A stretch of 50,014 nt of DNA, taken from contig JAKLEY010000001.1 in NCBI GenBank assembly GCA_022711455.1, positions 1 to 50,014 of the forward strand, read 5' to 3'. The notes beneath the pieces were generated by a model. The model was not told where the DNA came from and searched no databases. It saw only the letters and a program-made list of their open reading frames with translations. Origin of the DNA: Candidatus Cloacimonadota bacterium (GTDB taxonomy: Bacteria > Cloacimonadota > Cloacimonadia > Cloacimonadales > Cloacimonadaceae). The position numbers and the translations under genes are program-made. Shown here piece by piece: positions 17,245-25,108 of this stretch. Position 1 is the stretch's first letter, and the number at the start of each line of letters is the position of its first letter.

Positions 17245-18585
17245 TCAGCATCCCGGAGAGGGCGCTACGGCGAGCGCCGCTACTCCTGCAGCTCCTGCTT
17301 CCATAAAGATCTCGGAGACGGTGGGATGCGCATGCACGGTCTTGGCGAGGTCATAGATCGTGCCTTCCAATTCCAGCATCAATCCTGCTTCCGCGATCAT
17401 ATCCGTGGCATTTTCGGCAATGATCTGAACTCCCAAAACCTGTTTATATTTGGGTTCAAAGAGCAGACGGATAAAGCCCTCGGCAGTTCCTTCCGCGAGC
17501 GCTTTGCCATTGGCAGTGAGCGGAAATTCCTGGCTCTGATAATCCTGTCCGGAGGCTTTCAGTTCACGTTCCGTTTGCCCCACCTGAGCTATTTCGGGTT
17601 TGCTGTAGATGTTTATGGGGATCTGCGCGTCGCTGTATCCACCCTCTTTTCCCTGGAGATGATCCACCATTGCAAGTCCCTGTGCTGAAGCGGCATGGGC
17701 CAAATAGCTTCTGCCGTTCACGTCTCCGATGGCATAGATGCCGGGAACCGAAGTTTGCAGATCAGCATCGGTTTTGATGAAGCCGTTGTGCAGTTCCAGC
17801 GTCACCTTGCTTTCAGGCAAAGTTGCAGCCCGGAAGCCGGCATTGATGATGCCGTCCTGTTCCAGTTCCTTATCCTGATGGATCAATTTGCCGTTGCTGT
17901 AGGTCACCTCGCTTTCCGGCAGGACCTGAATCTTGTCTTTCTTGAGCTTGCGCTCGATCCAGGTGTTCAGATGATCGTCCAATTGCGGCACCAGCGGCAG
18001 TTTGGGAGTAACGATAATGGGTTTGCGGTCCAGCAGATCGAACATCTGAGCCAGTTCCAGAGCCACGGAGCCGCGTCCCCAGATCACGGGTTTGGAGGGC
18101 AGGAGCTCAAGCTGCAAGAGGTCTTCGAGCTCGATCGCGCCCTGGGGTCCGGGCAGAGGTTTGCTGCCGGTCGCAATGGCAATGGCTTTGGTCTCAAAGA
18201 TCTGGTTATTGGCAGAAACCGTGGTGGGAGAAAGGATCGAGGCTTCGGCGGAGAGGAAATCCACTCCGTTCTTTTTCCAGAGGAATTCAATGCCTTTGCT
18301 GAGCCGGCTGACCACACCCTGAGTGCGGGTCACAGCTTGTTTCCAGTCGAATCCCAGCTCTTCGGGAGCGATCCCGGTGATGCCAAAAGCGGAGGCAGTC
18401 TTGACCGTGCGATAGGTTTTGGCGCTTTCGATCAGGGCTTTGGTGGGGATGCAGCCCCAATTCAGGCACATCCCACCCACATACTTTTTATCGATGACCA
18501 GGGTCTTGAGCCCGGTCTGTCCGGCACGGATGGCAGAGACGTAACCCGCAGGGCCGCTGCCGATTATGATCAGATCATAAGTCAA
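17245..18585 (-). CDS. lpdA: dihydrolipoyl dehydrogenase (E3)
   Basis: FAD fold GSGPAGY, redox disulfide GGMCLNWGCIPTK and C-terminal HAHPT motif. TTG start at 18585 overlaps the E2 stop (TTGA) with GGGAGG upstream. The last ~12 codons are encoded by a REP-like hairpin. Confidence 0.9.
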   Translation of the reverse strand: MTYDLIIIGSGPAGYVSAIRAGQTGLKTLVIDKKYVGGMCLNWGCIPTKALIESAKTYRTVKTASAFGITGIAPEELGFDWKQAVTRTQGVVSRLSKGIEFLWKKNGVDFLSAEASILSPTTVSANNQIFETKAIAIATGSKPLPGPQGAIELEDLLQLELLPSKPVIWGRGSVALELAQMFDLLDRKPIIVTPKLPLVPQLDDHLNTWIERKLKKDKIQVLPESEVTYSNGKLIHQDKELEQDGIINAGFRAATLPESKVTLELHNGFIKTDADLQTSVPGIYAIGDVNGRSYLAHAASAQGLAMVDHLQGKEGGYSDAQIPINIYSKPEIAQVGQTERELKASGQDYQSQEFPLTANGKALAEGTAEGFIRLLFEPKYKQVLGVQIIAENATDMIAEAGLMLELEGTIYDLAKTVHAHPTVSEIFMEAGAAGVAALAVAPSPGC

Positions 18586-19940
18586 TTTTCACCTCCCAGA
18601 TTGACCATGAGCAGAAGGGGATCCTGCAGATAGGCCAGAACTTCGTTAAGGAAGCGTCCCACCTCGCCTCCGTCCACCATGCGGTGATCCACGGACATGG
18701 AGATGGGCAGCAGGTTCCCGATCTTGATCTCATTTCCTGCAACCACAGGCTTTTGAGTGAGTTTGCCCACGCCCAGGATCCCGACTTGGGGATAATTGAT
18801 CACAGGAACCGCAAAGTAGCCTCCGATCGAGCCGAAGCTGGTGATGGTGAAGCTTCCGTCCTTCATATCAGCGGTGGTGAGCTTGCGTTCACGGGCTTTG
18901 ACGGAGATCTCAGCGAGTTCCGTGGCAATGCGCAGCAGGCTCTTTTTATCCGCGTCCCGGATCACGGGGACTACCAGTCCGTCCTCGGTATCGACAGCTA
19001 TCCCTATGTTATAGTAATTTTTATAGATCACGCGATCCCCTTCCAGATCGAGTTCGGCATTGAGATCCGGATGGTTCTTCAACGCCATGGCCACAGCCTT
19101 GACCACAAAGGGCAGATAGCTCAGCTTGATCCCTTTTTCCTGCAGGCTTTGGTTGAGTCTGGCGCGTCCTTCCACCAGGGCAGAAACCTCCACTTCGTCC
19201 ATCACGGACATATGCGCGGCATTCTGTTTGCTGCGTATCATGTTGCGCGCGATGGTCTTGCGGATCATGGACAGCGGTTTAATTGTAAGCCGTTCAGCCT
19301 GTTCCGTTTGTGGAGACGCAGGGGTGCTTGGCGCAGTGCTCAGATAGGCTTTGCTGCTGTGATATTGCTCGATGTCTTTGCGGGTGATGCGTCCTGCCGG
19401 ACCGCTGCCTTTCACCTGCTGAATCTGTATGCCCAGTTCCTTGGCGATCGCCCTTGCAACCGGGGTTGCCAGCACTTTCACGGAGGAGGGCAGGCTGTCT
19501 GAAGGTGTGTGAGGGATAGGCGCGGGTGCTGCAGTAGGCATCGGAGCAGCGCCGAGACCCTCACCACTGGAGGGCAGATAGGCTCCGTCTCCGGCAACCT
19601 CAATCGTTCCGACCACTCCAAAGCCTTTCTCTTCAACCACTTCCTTGTGGGCAGCAGGGATCTCGGTTCTGGCTTCGGCAATCGCTTCGGCTCCGGCGAT
19701 GCCTTCCATTTCGATCTCCACCAAAGCGGAGCCGACGTGGATGGTATCTCCCACATTACCAAATCTTTGCACGATTACCCCGGTCTTGGGAGAAGGGATA
19801 TCCGTCACCACTTTATCGGTCTCCATCTTCACCAGAGGGTCGCCGGAGGAGATGGACTGGCCGTTTTCTACATACCATTGGATGATCTTGCCTTCTTCGA
19901 GGCCTTCGCCGATATCCGGGAATTTGAACATATATCTCAT
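18582..19940 (-). CDS. pdhC: dihydrolipoamide acyltransferase (E2) with one lipoyl domain
   Basis: Lipoyl-lysine motif METDKV, Pro/Ala linker, subunit-binding domain (ATPVARAIAKELG) and catalytic DHRMVDG. Confidence 0.85.
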   Translation of the reverse strand: MRYMFKFPDIGEGLEEGKIIQWYVENGQSISSGDPLVKMETDKVVTDIPSPKTGVIVQRFGNVGDTIHVGSALVEIEMEGIAGAEAIAEARTEIPAAHKEVVEEKGFGVVGTIEVAGDGAYLPSSGEGLGAAPMPTAAPAPIPHTPSDSLPSSVKVLATPVARAIAKELGIQIQQVKGSGPAGRITRKDIEQYHSSKAYLSTAPSTPASPQTEQAERLTIKPLSMIRKTIARNMIRSKQNAAHMSVMDEVEVSALVEGRARLNQSLQEKGIKLSYLPFVVKAVAMALKNHPDLNAELDLEGDRVIYKNYYNIGIAVDTEDGLVVPVIRDADKKSLLRIATELAEISVKARERKLTTADMKDGSFTITSFGSIGGYFAVPVINYPQVGILGVGKLTQKPVVAGNEIKIGNLLPISMSVDHRMVDGGEVGRFLNEVLAYLQDPLLLMVNLGGEN

Positions 19941-19954
19941 TGTAACAGCTCCTT

Positions 19955-20932
19955 TTAGTAGCGCACGAGCTTCTCGATCTCGTGGAAGATGCGGGGTGGC
20001 GTGAGCATGTAATACTTTTCACCCAGGGGGAGAGGGATGACGGTGTCGAAGCCCGTAAGCCGGGTGGGAGGCGCTTCCAGGGAAAGGAAGGCTTCCTCGG
20101 TGGCAATGGATATAATTTCAGCAGCGGGTCCGTAGCTTTGGGGAGCTTCGGTGACTACCAGCAGTCTGCCGGTCTTGCGCAGGGATTCACGAATCGTGTC
20201 CCGATCTATCGGCCAGATGGTTCTGAGGTCGATCAGTTCAACGCTGATGCCTTTTTCCTTGGCCAGCACGATAGCTTTCTGCACCTCGCGGATCATGGCT
20301 CCGTAGGCTACGACGGTGATATGTTCACCATAATTGACCACCTTGGCTTTGCCGATCTCGATGGAATATTTCTCTTCCGGAACCTCTTGTTTGATGGCAC
20401 GGTAGATGCGCTTGGGTTCCAGATAGATCACGGGATCGGGATCCTCGATGGCAGCGATCAGCAATCCTTTGGCATCATAGGGAGTGGAGGGGATCACGAC
20501 TTTGAGCCCCGGGGTGTGTCCAAAATAGGCTTCCGGGCTTTCGGAATGGTGTTCCAGAGCGTTAATGCCTCCGCCGTAGGGGATGCGGATGACCATGGGT
20601 ACGCTGAATTTGCCTCTGGTACGGTTGCGGAATCTTGCCACATGGGAGATGATCTGGTTCATCGCAGGGAAGACGAAGCCGTCAAACTGCATTTCGATCA
20701 CGGGTCGCATCCCTGCCACAGCCATGCCTAAAGCGGTTCCGGCAATTCCGGATTCAGCCAGGGGGCTGTCGAAAACTCTGCCCGCGCCATGTTTGACTTG
20801 CAAGCCTTCGGTGACTCTGAAGACACCGCCTTCGACTCCCACGTCCTCTCCGTAAACTACAACGTTTTTATCTTCCGTGAGCATCAGATCGAGCCCGTCG
20901 GTGATCGCCTGGACCATATTCATCACTTTCAT
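19955..20932 (-). CDS. pdhB: 2-oxoacid (pyruvate-type) dehydrogenase E1 beta subunit
   Basis: 325 aa transketolase-like pyrimidine-binding and C-terminal domains. ATGA overlap with the E1 alpha gene. Confidence 0.85.
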   Translation of the reverse strand: MKVMNMVQAITDGLDLMLTEDKNVVVYGEDVGVEGGVFRVTEGLQVKHGAGRVFDSPLAESGIAGTALGMAVAGMRPVIEMQFDGFVFPAMNQIISHVARFRNRTRGKFSVPMVIRIPYGGGINALEHHSESPEAYFGHTPGLKVVIPSTPYDAKGLLIAAIEDPDPVIYLEPKRIYRAIKQEVPEEKYSIEIGKAKVVNYGEHITVVAYGAMIREVQKAIVLAKEKGISVELIDLRTIWPIDRDTIRESLRKTGRLLVVTEAPQSYGPAAEIISIATEEAFLSLEAPPTRLTGFDTVIPLPLGEKYYMLTPPRIFHEIEKLVRY

Positions 20933-22032
20933 TTCTGTGCTCCTTCAAGATTCATAAAGTTCTGATAGTTATTCATTTGCCGTTTTAGCTCGACCGGCAT
21001 CTCCTGGTACATGAAACCGAAGACATCCTCTAATTTGTAATCCGGATATGCCTCCGCCTTGTCAAATTCGCTATCGATGAATTTCTTGTAACCGGCGATC
21101 AAAGCCTCTTCATCCTTGGGATCCCAAAGCTTTTTCGAGACCAGATAGGATTGCAGACGCGCCGCGGGATCAAGCTCCGCCCAGTGTTCCTCTTCCTCTT
21201 TGCTGCGGTATTTGGTGGGGTCGTCGGAAGTGGTGTGCGCGCCTCTGCGATAGGTGCGGGCTTCGATCAGGAAGGGACGCTTCTTTTTCAGCACATGTTC
21301 GCGCGCGAAAGCCAGCACATCGTGCATGGCCAGAAAGTCGTTACCATCCACCAAAACGGAATCAACGTCATAGGCCAGGCCTTTGAGCGCGAGGTTTTTG
21401 CTTCTGGTCTGCATCTTCAGGGGAACCGAGATGGCAAATTGGTTGTTCTGAACCACAAAGACCACCGGGACATCCCAGACTGCCGCGAAATTCAGAGCCT
21501 CGTGGAAATCACCCTCGGATGTGCCTCCATCTCCCACGTAGCCAAAGACTGCGGCTTCCTCTCCCTTGTATTTCATGGCATAAGCCAGGCCTACCGCGTG
21601 CAAAAGCTGGGACGCGATCGGCACCGATACGGGTAGCATCCGGGCCGCGTTCAGGAATTTGGAGCCATCTTCGTGCCCTTTGAAATAGAGGAAGATCTCC
21701 CACAGCGAAACGCCTTTGGCCAGCCAGGCACCCAACTCACGAAAAGCCGGAACTAACCAATCTTCAGCTTTGATCACCTTACCGGAAGCAATGTGGATGG
21801 CTTCCTGACCCAGATTGGGGGGATAGGTGAACATGCGTCCCTGCCGTTGATAGCTGATCGCCATCTGGTCCGCTGTGCGCTCAAAGAGCAGATCCTTGTA
21901 GGCCTGCACCAAATCGTCTTCGCTGAGGCCGGTTTTCCAGTTCTTGATAATGACTTTGCCGTCCTTATCCATCACCTGATACATTTTATCGTCTATGGGC
22001 TTGTATTTATCCAGAGTTTGAAGATCAAACAT
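20929..22032 (-). CDS. pdhA: 2-oxoacid (pyruvate-type) dehydrogenase E1 alpha subunit, TPP-dependent
   Basis: TPP motif GDGGTSEGDFHEALNFAAV...VVQNNQFAIS. The overall layout and the C-terminal MYQEMPVELKRQ parallel Gram-positive-type PdhA rather than BkdAA. Substrate assignment is inference. Confidence 0.8.
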   Translation of the reverse strand: MFDLQTLDKYKPIDDKMYQVMDKDGKVIIKNWKTGLSEDDLVQAYKDLLFERTADQMAISYQRQGRMFTYPPNLGQEAIHIASGKVIKAEDWLVPAFRELGAWLAKGVSLWEIFLYFKGHEDGSKFLNAARMLPVSVPIASQLLHAVGLAYAMKYKGEEAAVFGYVGDGGTSEGDFHEALNFAAVWDVPVVFVVQNNQFAISVPLKMQTRSKNLALKGLAYDVDSVLVDGNDFLAMHDVLAFAREHVLKKKRPFLIEARTYRRGAHTTSDDPTKYRSKEEEEHWAELDPAARLQSYLVSKKLWDPKDEEALIAGYKKFIDSEFDKAEAYPDYKLEDVFGFMYQEMPVELKRQMNNYQNFMNLEGAQK

Positions 22033-22052
22033 GTTATCCGCCTTGTGTTTTT

Positions 22053-22061
22053 ATTATATCA
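22053..22061 (-). promoter_or_regulatory. Extended -10 element (TGATATAAT) upstream of pdhA
   Basis: The minus strand reads tgaTATAAT 21 nt upstream of the ATG at 22032. No convincing -35. Confidence 0.35.
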
Positions 22062-22110
22062 TACTAAAATGATAGGCGGTCTTGTAAATGAGGCAAATCT
22101 TTTTTTTAAT

Positions 22111-22134
22111 GTACCGGCGCTCGCCGTAGCGCCG
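22111..22134. repeat. REP-like hairpin (GTAC-CGGCGCT family)
   Basis: GTACCGGCGCTcgccgtAGCGCCG, between the radical SAM gene and the pdh promoter. Confidence 0.8.
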
Positions 22135-22151
22135 AGCTTGTCATGTTGCGC

Positions 22152-23249
22152 TCAGGACTCCTCTGAGCCGCAATCTCTTTCCAGTTCTTCCCGGTTTGCC
22201 CACAGCGCGCAACCGCCTTCGGTTTCTTTCAGGAGATGGTGTTTGGCTCTGATCTTTTGCAGGAGTTTGGATTTCAGGGCATCGCGCAGGGAGCTGTGTC
22301 TCAGGTCAGTGTCTGAAAAGGGGGCAAAGGGGCAGGGTTCGACCATTCCGGAGGGGTTAATGTGCAGAAAACCGCGTCCCGCAGCCAGGCATCCTCCATA
22401 GGGATCCTCATCTCCGGGGAAGGCTATGAATAAGCCGGGAAGCCTGGCACAGAGCTCATCCACCCGTTTCTGCAAGCCAGCTTTCTGAGCTTGATTCAGC
22501 ACCAAATGCTTGCTTCCGGGATCAATTGGGACGTATTCCACAAAGAAGAAAAGCCGGCAACCTTTATCCAGATGATCTTTGAGGAATGCTGGTGATAACA
22601 GGAGATCATGAGCAGGCGCGGTAAGCGTGAGCGAGATCCCCCAAAAGATAGTCCGGGCCTTGAGCATTTGGCTGATCTTCTCGAAATTGGCGTGAACTCC
22701 ATCACCTCGTCTGATGTCCGTTTCCAATTCTCTGCCTTCCAGACTGATCACAGGGATCAGGTGGGGATTGCTTTTGAAAAAAGCTAAATATTCTTCGTTC
22801 AGAAGCATGCCGTTTGTGAAAATTGGAAAGACAATCCCGGAAAACTCCGCGGCTACACCCAGCAAATCTCTGCGGATCAGAGGTTCCCCTCCAGCCAGAA
22901 GAATGATCGAGATGCCCAGGCTACCGGCTTCTCCCAGAATTTCACGGAATCGGGAGGCAGTCAGTTCTGCACCGCTATCCTGATGCAGGACTTTGGAATA
23001 GCAGCCCGCGCAATTCAGGTTGCAGCGTTGGGTGAGGCTGATGATCAACAATGGAGGCACTTCCAACCCTTGTTTAAAATGGAACAGTCTGGTTCGCGTG
23101 GCTTGATATTGCTGCCACAAGGCTTTGATGAAAAACAGGCGTGTCTGCATTGGGTTTCTCAAAGCCAGCTGCAGAGCTTTCCAAAATTGCTTCTGAATAT
23201 TGCGATCAAACCGTTTGCGATATACTTCTTTCAACACGACACTTCCCAA
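22152..23249 (-). CDS. radical SAM protein with SPASM/twitch-like C-terminal Cys cluster
   Basis: CNLNCAGCY (CxxxCxxC) near residue 75. C-terminal CLAAGRGFLHINPSGMVEPCPF. The start is uncertain (TTG at 23249, no clear RBS). Confidence 0.75.
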   Translation of the reverse strand: MGSVVLKEVYRKRFDRNIQKQFWKALQLALRNPMQTRLFFIKALWQQYQATRTRLFHFKQGLEVPPLLIISLTQRCNLNCAGCYSKVLHQDSGAELTASRFREILGEAGSLGISIILLAGGEPLIRRDLLGVAAEFSGIVFPIFTNGMLLNEEYLAFFKSNPHLIPVISLEGRELETDIRRGDGVHANFEKISQMLKARTIFWGISLTLTAPAHDLLLSPAFLKDHLDKGCRLFFFVEYVPIDPGSKHLVLNQAQKAGLQKRVDELCARLPGLFIAFPGDEDPYGGCLAAGRGFLHINPSGMVEPCPFAPFSDTDLRHSSLRDALKSKLLQKIRAKHHLLKETEGGCALWANREELERDCGSEES

Positions 23250-23380
23250 AACCTATGATTTATCGTCATTATTTTGTAATGATCGGCTTGTCAAGAATAT
23301 TGTGGAGGTTCCTGCGGGAGGGATTGCAACTATTGTTCGGTATGACGGTAGCTCAAGGGTCACTTCCTTGCGGTCATAAC

Positions 23381-23490
23381 CCTGTCATACCGGTATCATG
23401 TCGCTTTCAAACCGCTTTCAAACCGCTTCGGCAAGTGGGATGCCAGGGGGAGGACAGGGAAGGGATACGGGCGAGGGAGGGCAGTAATTG
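23381..23490 (+). repeat. CCGCT-word / G-rich dispersed element, copy 3
   Basis: cctgtcataccggtatcatgtcgctttcaaaccgctttcaaaccgcttcgg followed by gggatgccagggggaggacagggaaggg. Confidence 0.8.
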
Positions 23491-23510
23491 GCAGGGGGTT
23501 AGTGGTTTAC

Positions 23511-23748
23511 TGTAGTGTCGCACTCTGATGCGACGAACATGCTGTACGGGCGCTCGCCGTAGCGCCCAGCCCGGCTAACACAAACAGATTATGAGATAGG
23601 CGGTAAAGCGACCGCCTATACACTTAGTTCGGATCGGAGTCCGAACCTACGGTGGGGGATCGGCGCTTCAGCGAGCGCCGGTACGACTAAACCCCTGAAC
23701 CCCTATACCCCTGAACCCCATTTCAGCAGGATCGGCATCCTGCTCTAC
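23511..23748. repeat. Dense REP/BIME-like cluster (six hairpins, five families, mixed orientation)
   Basis: Hairpins at 23511-23535 (GTAG-TGTCGCA), 23544-23567 (GTAC-GGGCGCT), 23596-23619 (ATAGGCGGtaaagcgaCCGCCTAT), 23627-23650 (GTTCGGA...CCTAC), 23661-23684 (CGGCGCT...GGTAC) and 23724-23748 (CAGCAGGATcggcATCCTGCTCTAC, overlapping the GNAT stop codon). Confidence 0.9.
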
Positions 23749-24167
23749 ACCCTTCTTTTGATCAGAGTATAGTATCTTTCCAGATTCTCGAAGCCAAAGG
23801 AATAGTAGAGATGCAGGGCTTTGGCGTTGGTCTCGAAGACTTCCAGTTTGGCCTGATAGCCCAGTTCATGAGCTATCTCCAGAGCTTCCCCCAGCAGGGC
23901 TTTGCCGATACCCTGATTCTGGAATTCGGGCAGGACGCCCATGTGATGGATATAGAGCCTGCGGAAATCATGCGTGAGCCAGCTGGAGCCCATTGCTCTT
24001 TCCCCTTCCCAGGCGATCAGGAGGCAGCCTCCGTGGTCGAGGGTGCGCTGCACGGTTTCCCTGTCATCAGCTCTGGCAGGATTTGCCAATCCGGTTTGCA
24101 GCCAGATCTGCATCACCTGCTCAAATTCAGGCTGGGAGACGTTTTGGTGTCTATTAATGGTGATCAT
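23745..24167 (-). CDS. GNAT-family N-acetyltransferase
   Basis: 140 aa with motif A HMGVLPEFQNQGIGKALL. ATGA overlap with the upstream gene. Confidence 0.85.
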   Translation of the reverse strand: MITINRHQNVSQPEFEQVMQIWLQTGLANPARADDRETVQRTLDHGGCLLIAWEGERAMGSSWLTHDFRRLYIHHMGVLPEFQNQGIGKALLGEALEIAHELGYQAKLEVFETNAKALHLYYSFGFENLERYYTLIKRRV

Positions 24168-25108
24168 TGCTGCGGTGGGGCAATGTAGGGCAGTTCTTTA
24201 TAGTGCTCGGAATTGACGGTGAAGCGCAGGACGCTGTCTTTCACCAGACCATAGAGGGTTTTGGGATTGTCATCCATGAGCAGCAGGTATTCTTTATTGG
24301 CGGTTTCGGCAAAGACGAGTTTACGGCTTTTCCCGTCTTTGAGCTTGATCAGGACTGTTGCCATGGGTTGTTTGAAGACGGCCAGCAATTCCGGAGCGGG
24401 ATCGTCGTAAAACACAAAGGTATCCAGTTTGTTCAGAATATTCACGGTGCGGATGATTGCGCGGTTTTCGAGGGGGATCTTGAAATCATTGGCAGCGTCT
24501 TTGAACCACCAATCCTTGTCCTTATGCGTGAGGACGTGAGAACCCTGGCTATATTTGACTTCTATGCTGCCGATCTCACTTTCGGAAACGCGGATCACGA
24601 CCGGGGAGCGCCATTGTTCCAGAGAGCTGTTGAAGGTGTTGCTGATCAGCTTTTTGAGCTGATAGATCTCGGAAGAACCTTCATAACGGAAATAATCGTA
24701 GGGATTGCCGATGTTTCCGAAATAGACATGATCTCTCAGTTTGCCTTTGGAATCGAAGGTCTTGATCTGCAAAGCGGTGCCCGGCACCAGTTTATAGCGG
24801 GAAGCCGCATCCTTGCTGGTGGTCATCACGGTCTTGGAGTATTCGGCGTTGATCACATTGTTAAAAAGGCGTTCCACGGTTTGGGGATTGGCTTCCCAGT
24901 TCACGGGTACTTCCAGTCTCCAGTCCGATCCTGTTTTGGCGATAACAAGGGTATCGGCGGGGTCGATGAGCTCGATTCTGGCAATGGCAGTTGAATCCGC
25001 GTTGAAGACCCGGCTGAGCTTTTCGGTGCTGTCCCGGTTTTTCAGCAGGAAGAAGATTCCCACCAGCAGCAGGAGAACTAATCCCGCTATCAGAGTTTTC
25101 TTGTTCAT
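24164..25108 (-). CDS. DUF4340-like protein (fourth component of GldA/F/G-type ABC clusters)
   Basis: 314 aa with a single N-terminal TM helix. Its position directly after a GldG-like gene with an ATGA overlap is the usual context of DUF4340. Confidence 0.6.
   Translation of the reverse strand: MNKKTLIAGLVLLLLVGIFFLLKNRDSTEKLSRVFNADSTAIARIELIDPADTLVIAKTGSDWRLEVPVNWEANPQTVERLFNNVINAEYSKTVMTTSKDAASRYKLVPGTALQIKTFDSKGKLRDHVYFGNIGNPYDYFRYEGSSEIYQLKKLISNTFNSSLEQWRSPVVIRVSESEIGSIEVKYSQGSHVLTHKDKDWWFKDAANDFKIPLENRAIIRTVNILNKLDTFVFYDDPAPELLAVFKQPMATVLIKLKDGKSRKLVFAETANKEYLLLMDDNPKTLYGLVKDSVLRFTVNSEHYKELPYIAPPQQ

Noticed and set aside
22152-23249. The radical SAM gene next to the pdh operon being lipoyl synthase (LipA).
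   Set aside because: LipA has two characteristic Cys motifs (CxxxxCxxxxxC and CxxxCxxC within a CTRxCxFC context) and no SPASM-like C-terminal cluster. This protein has CNLNCAGC and a C-terminal Cys-rich region instead.
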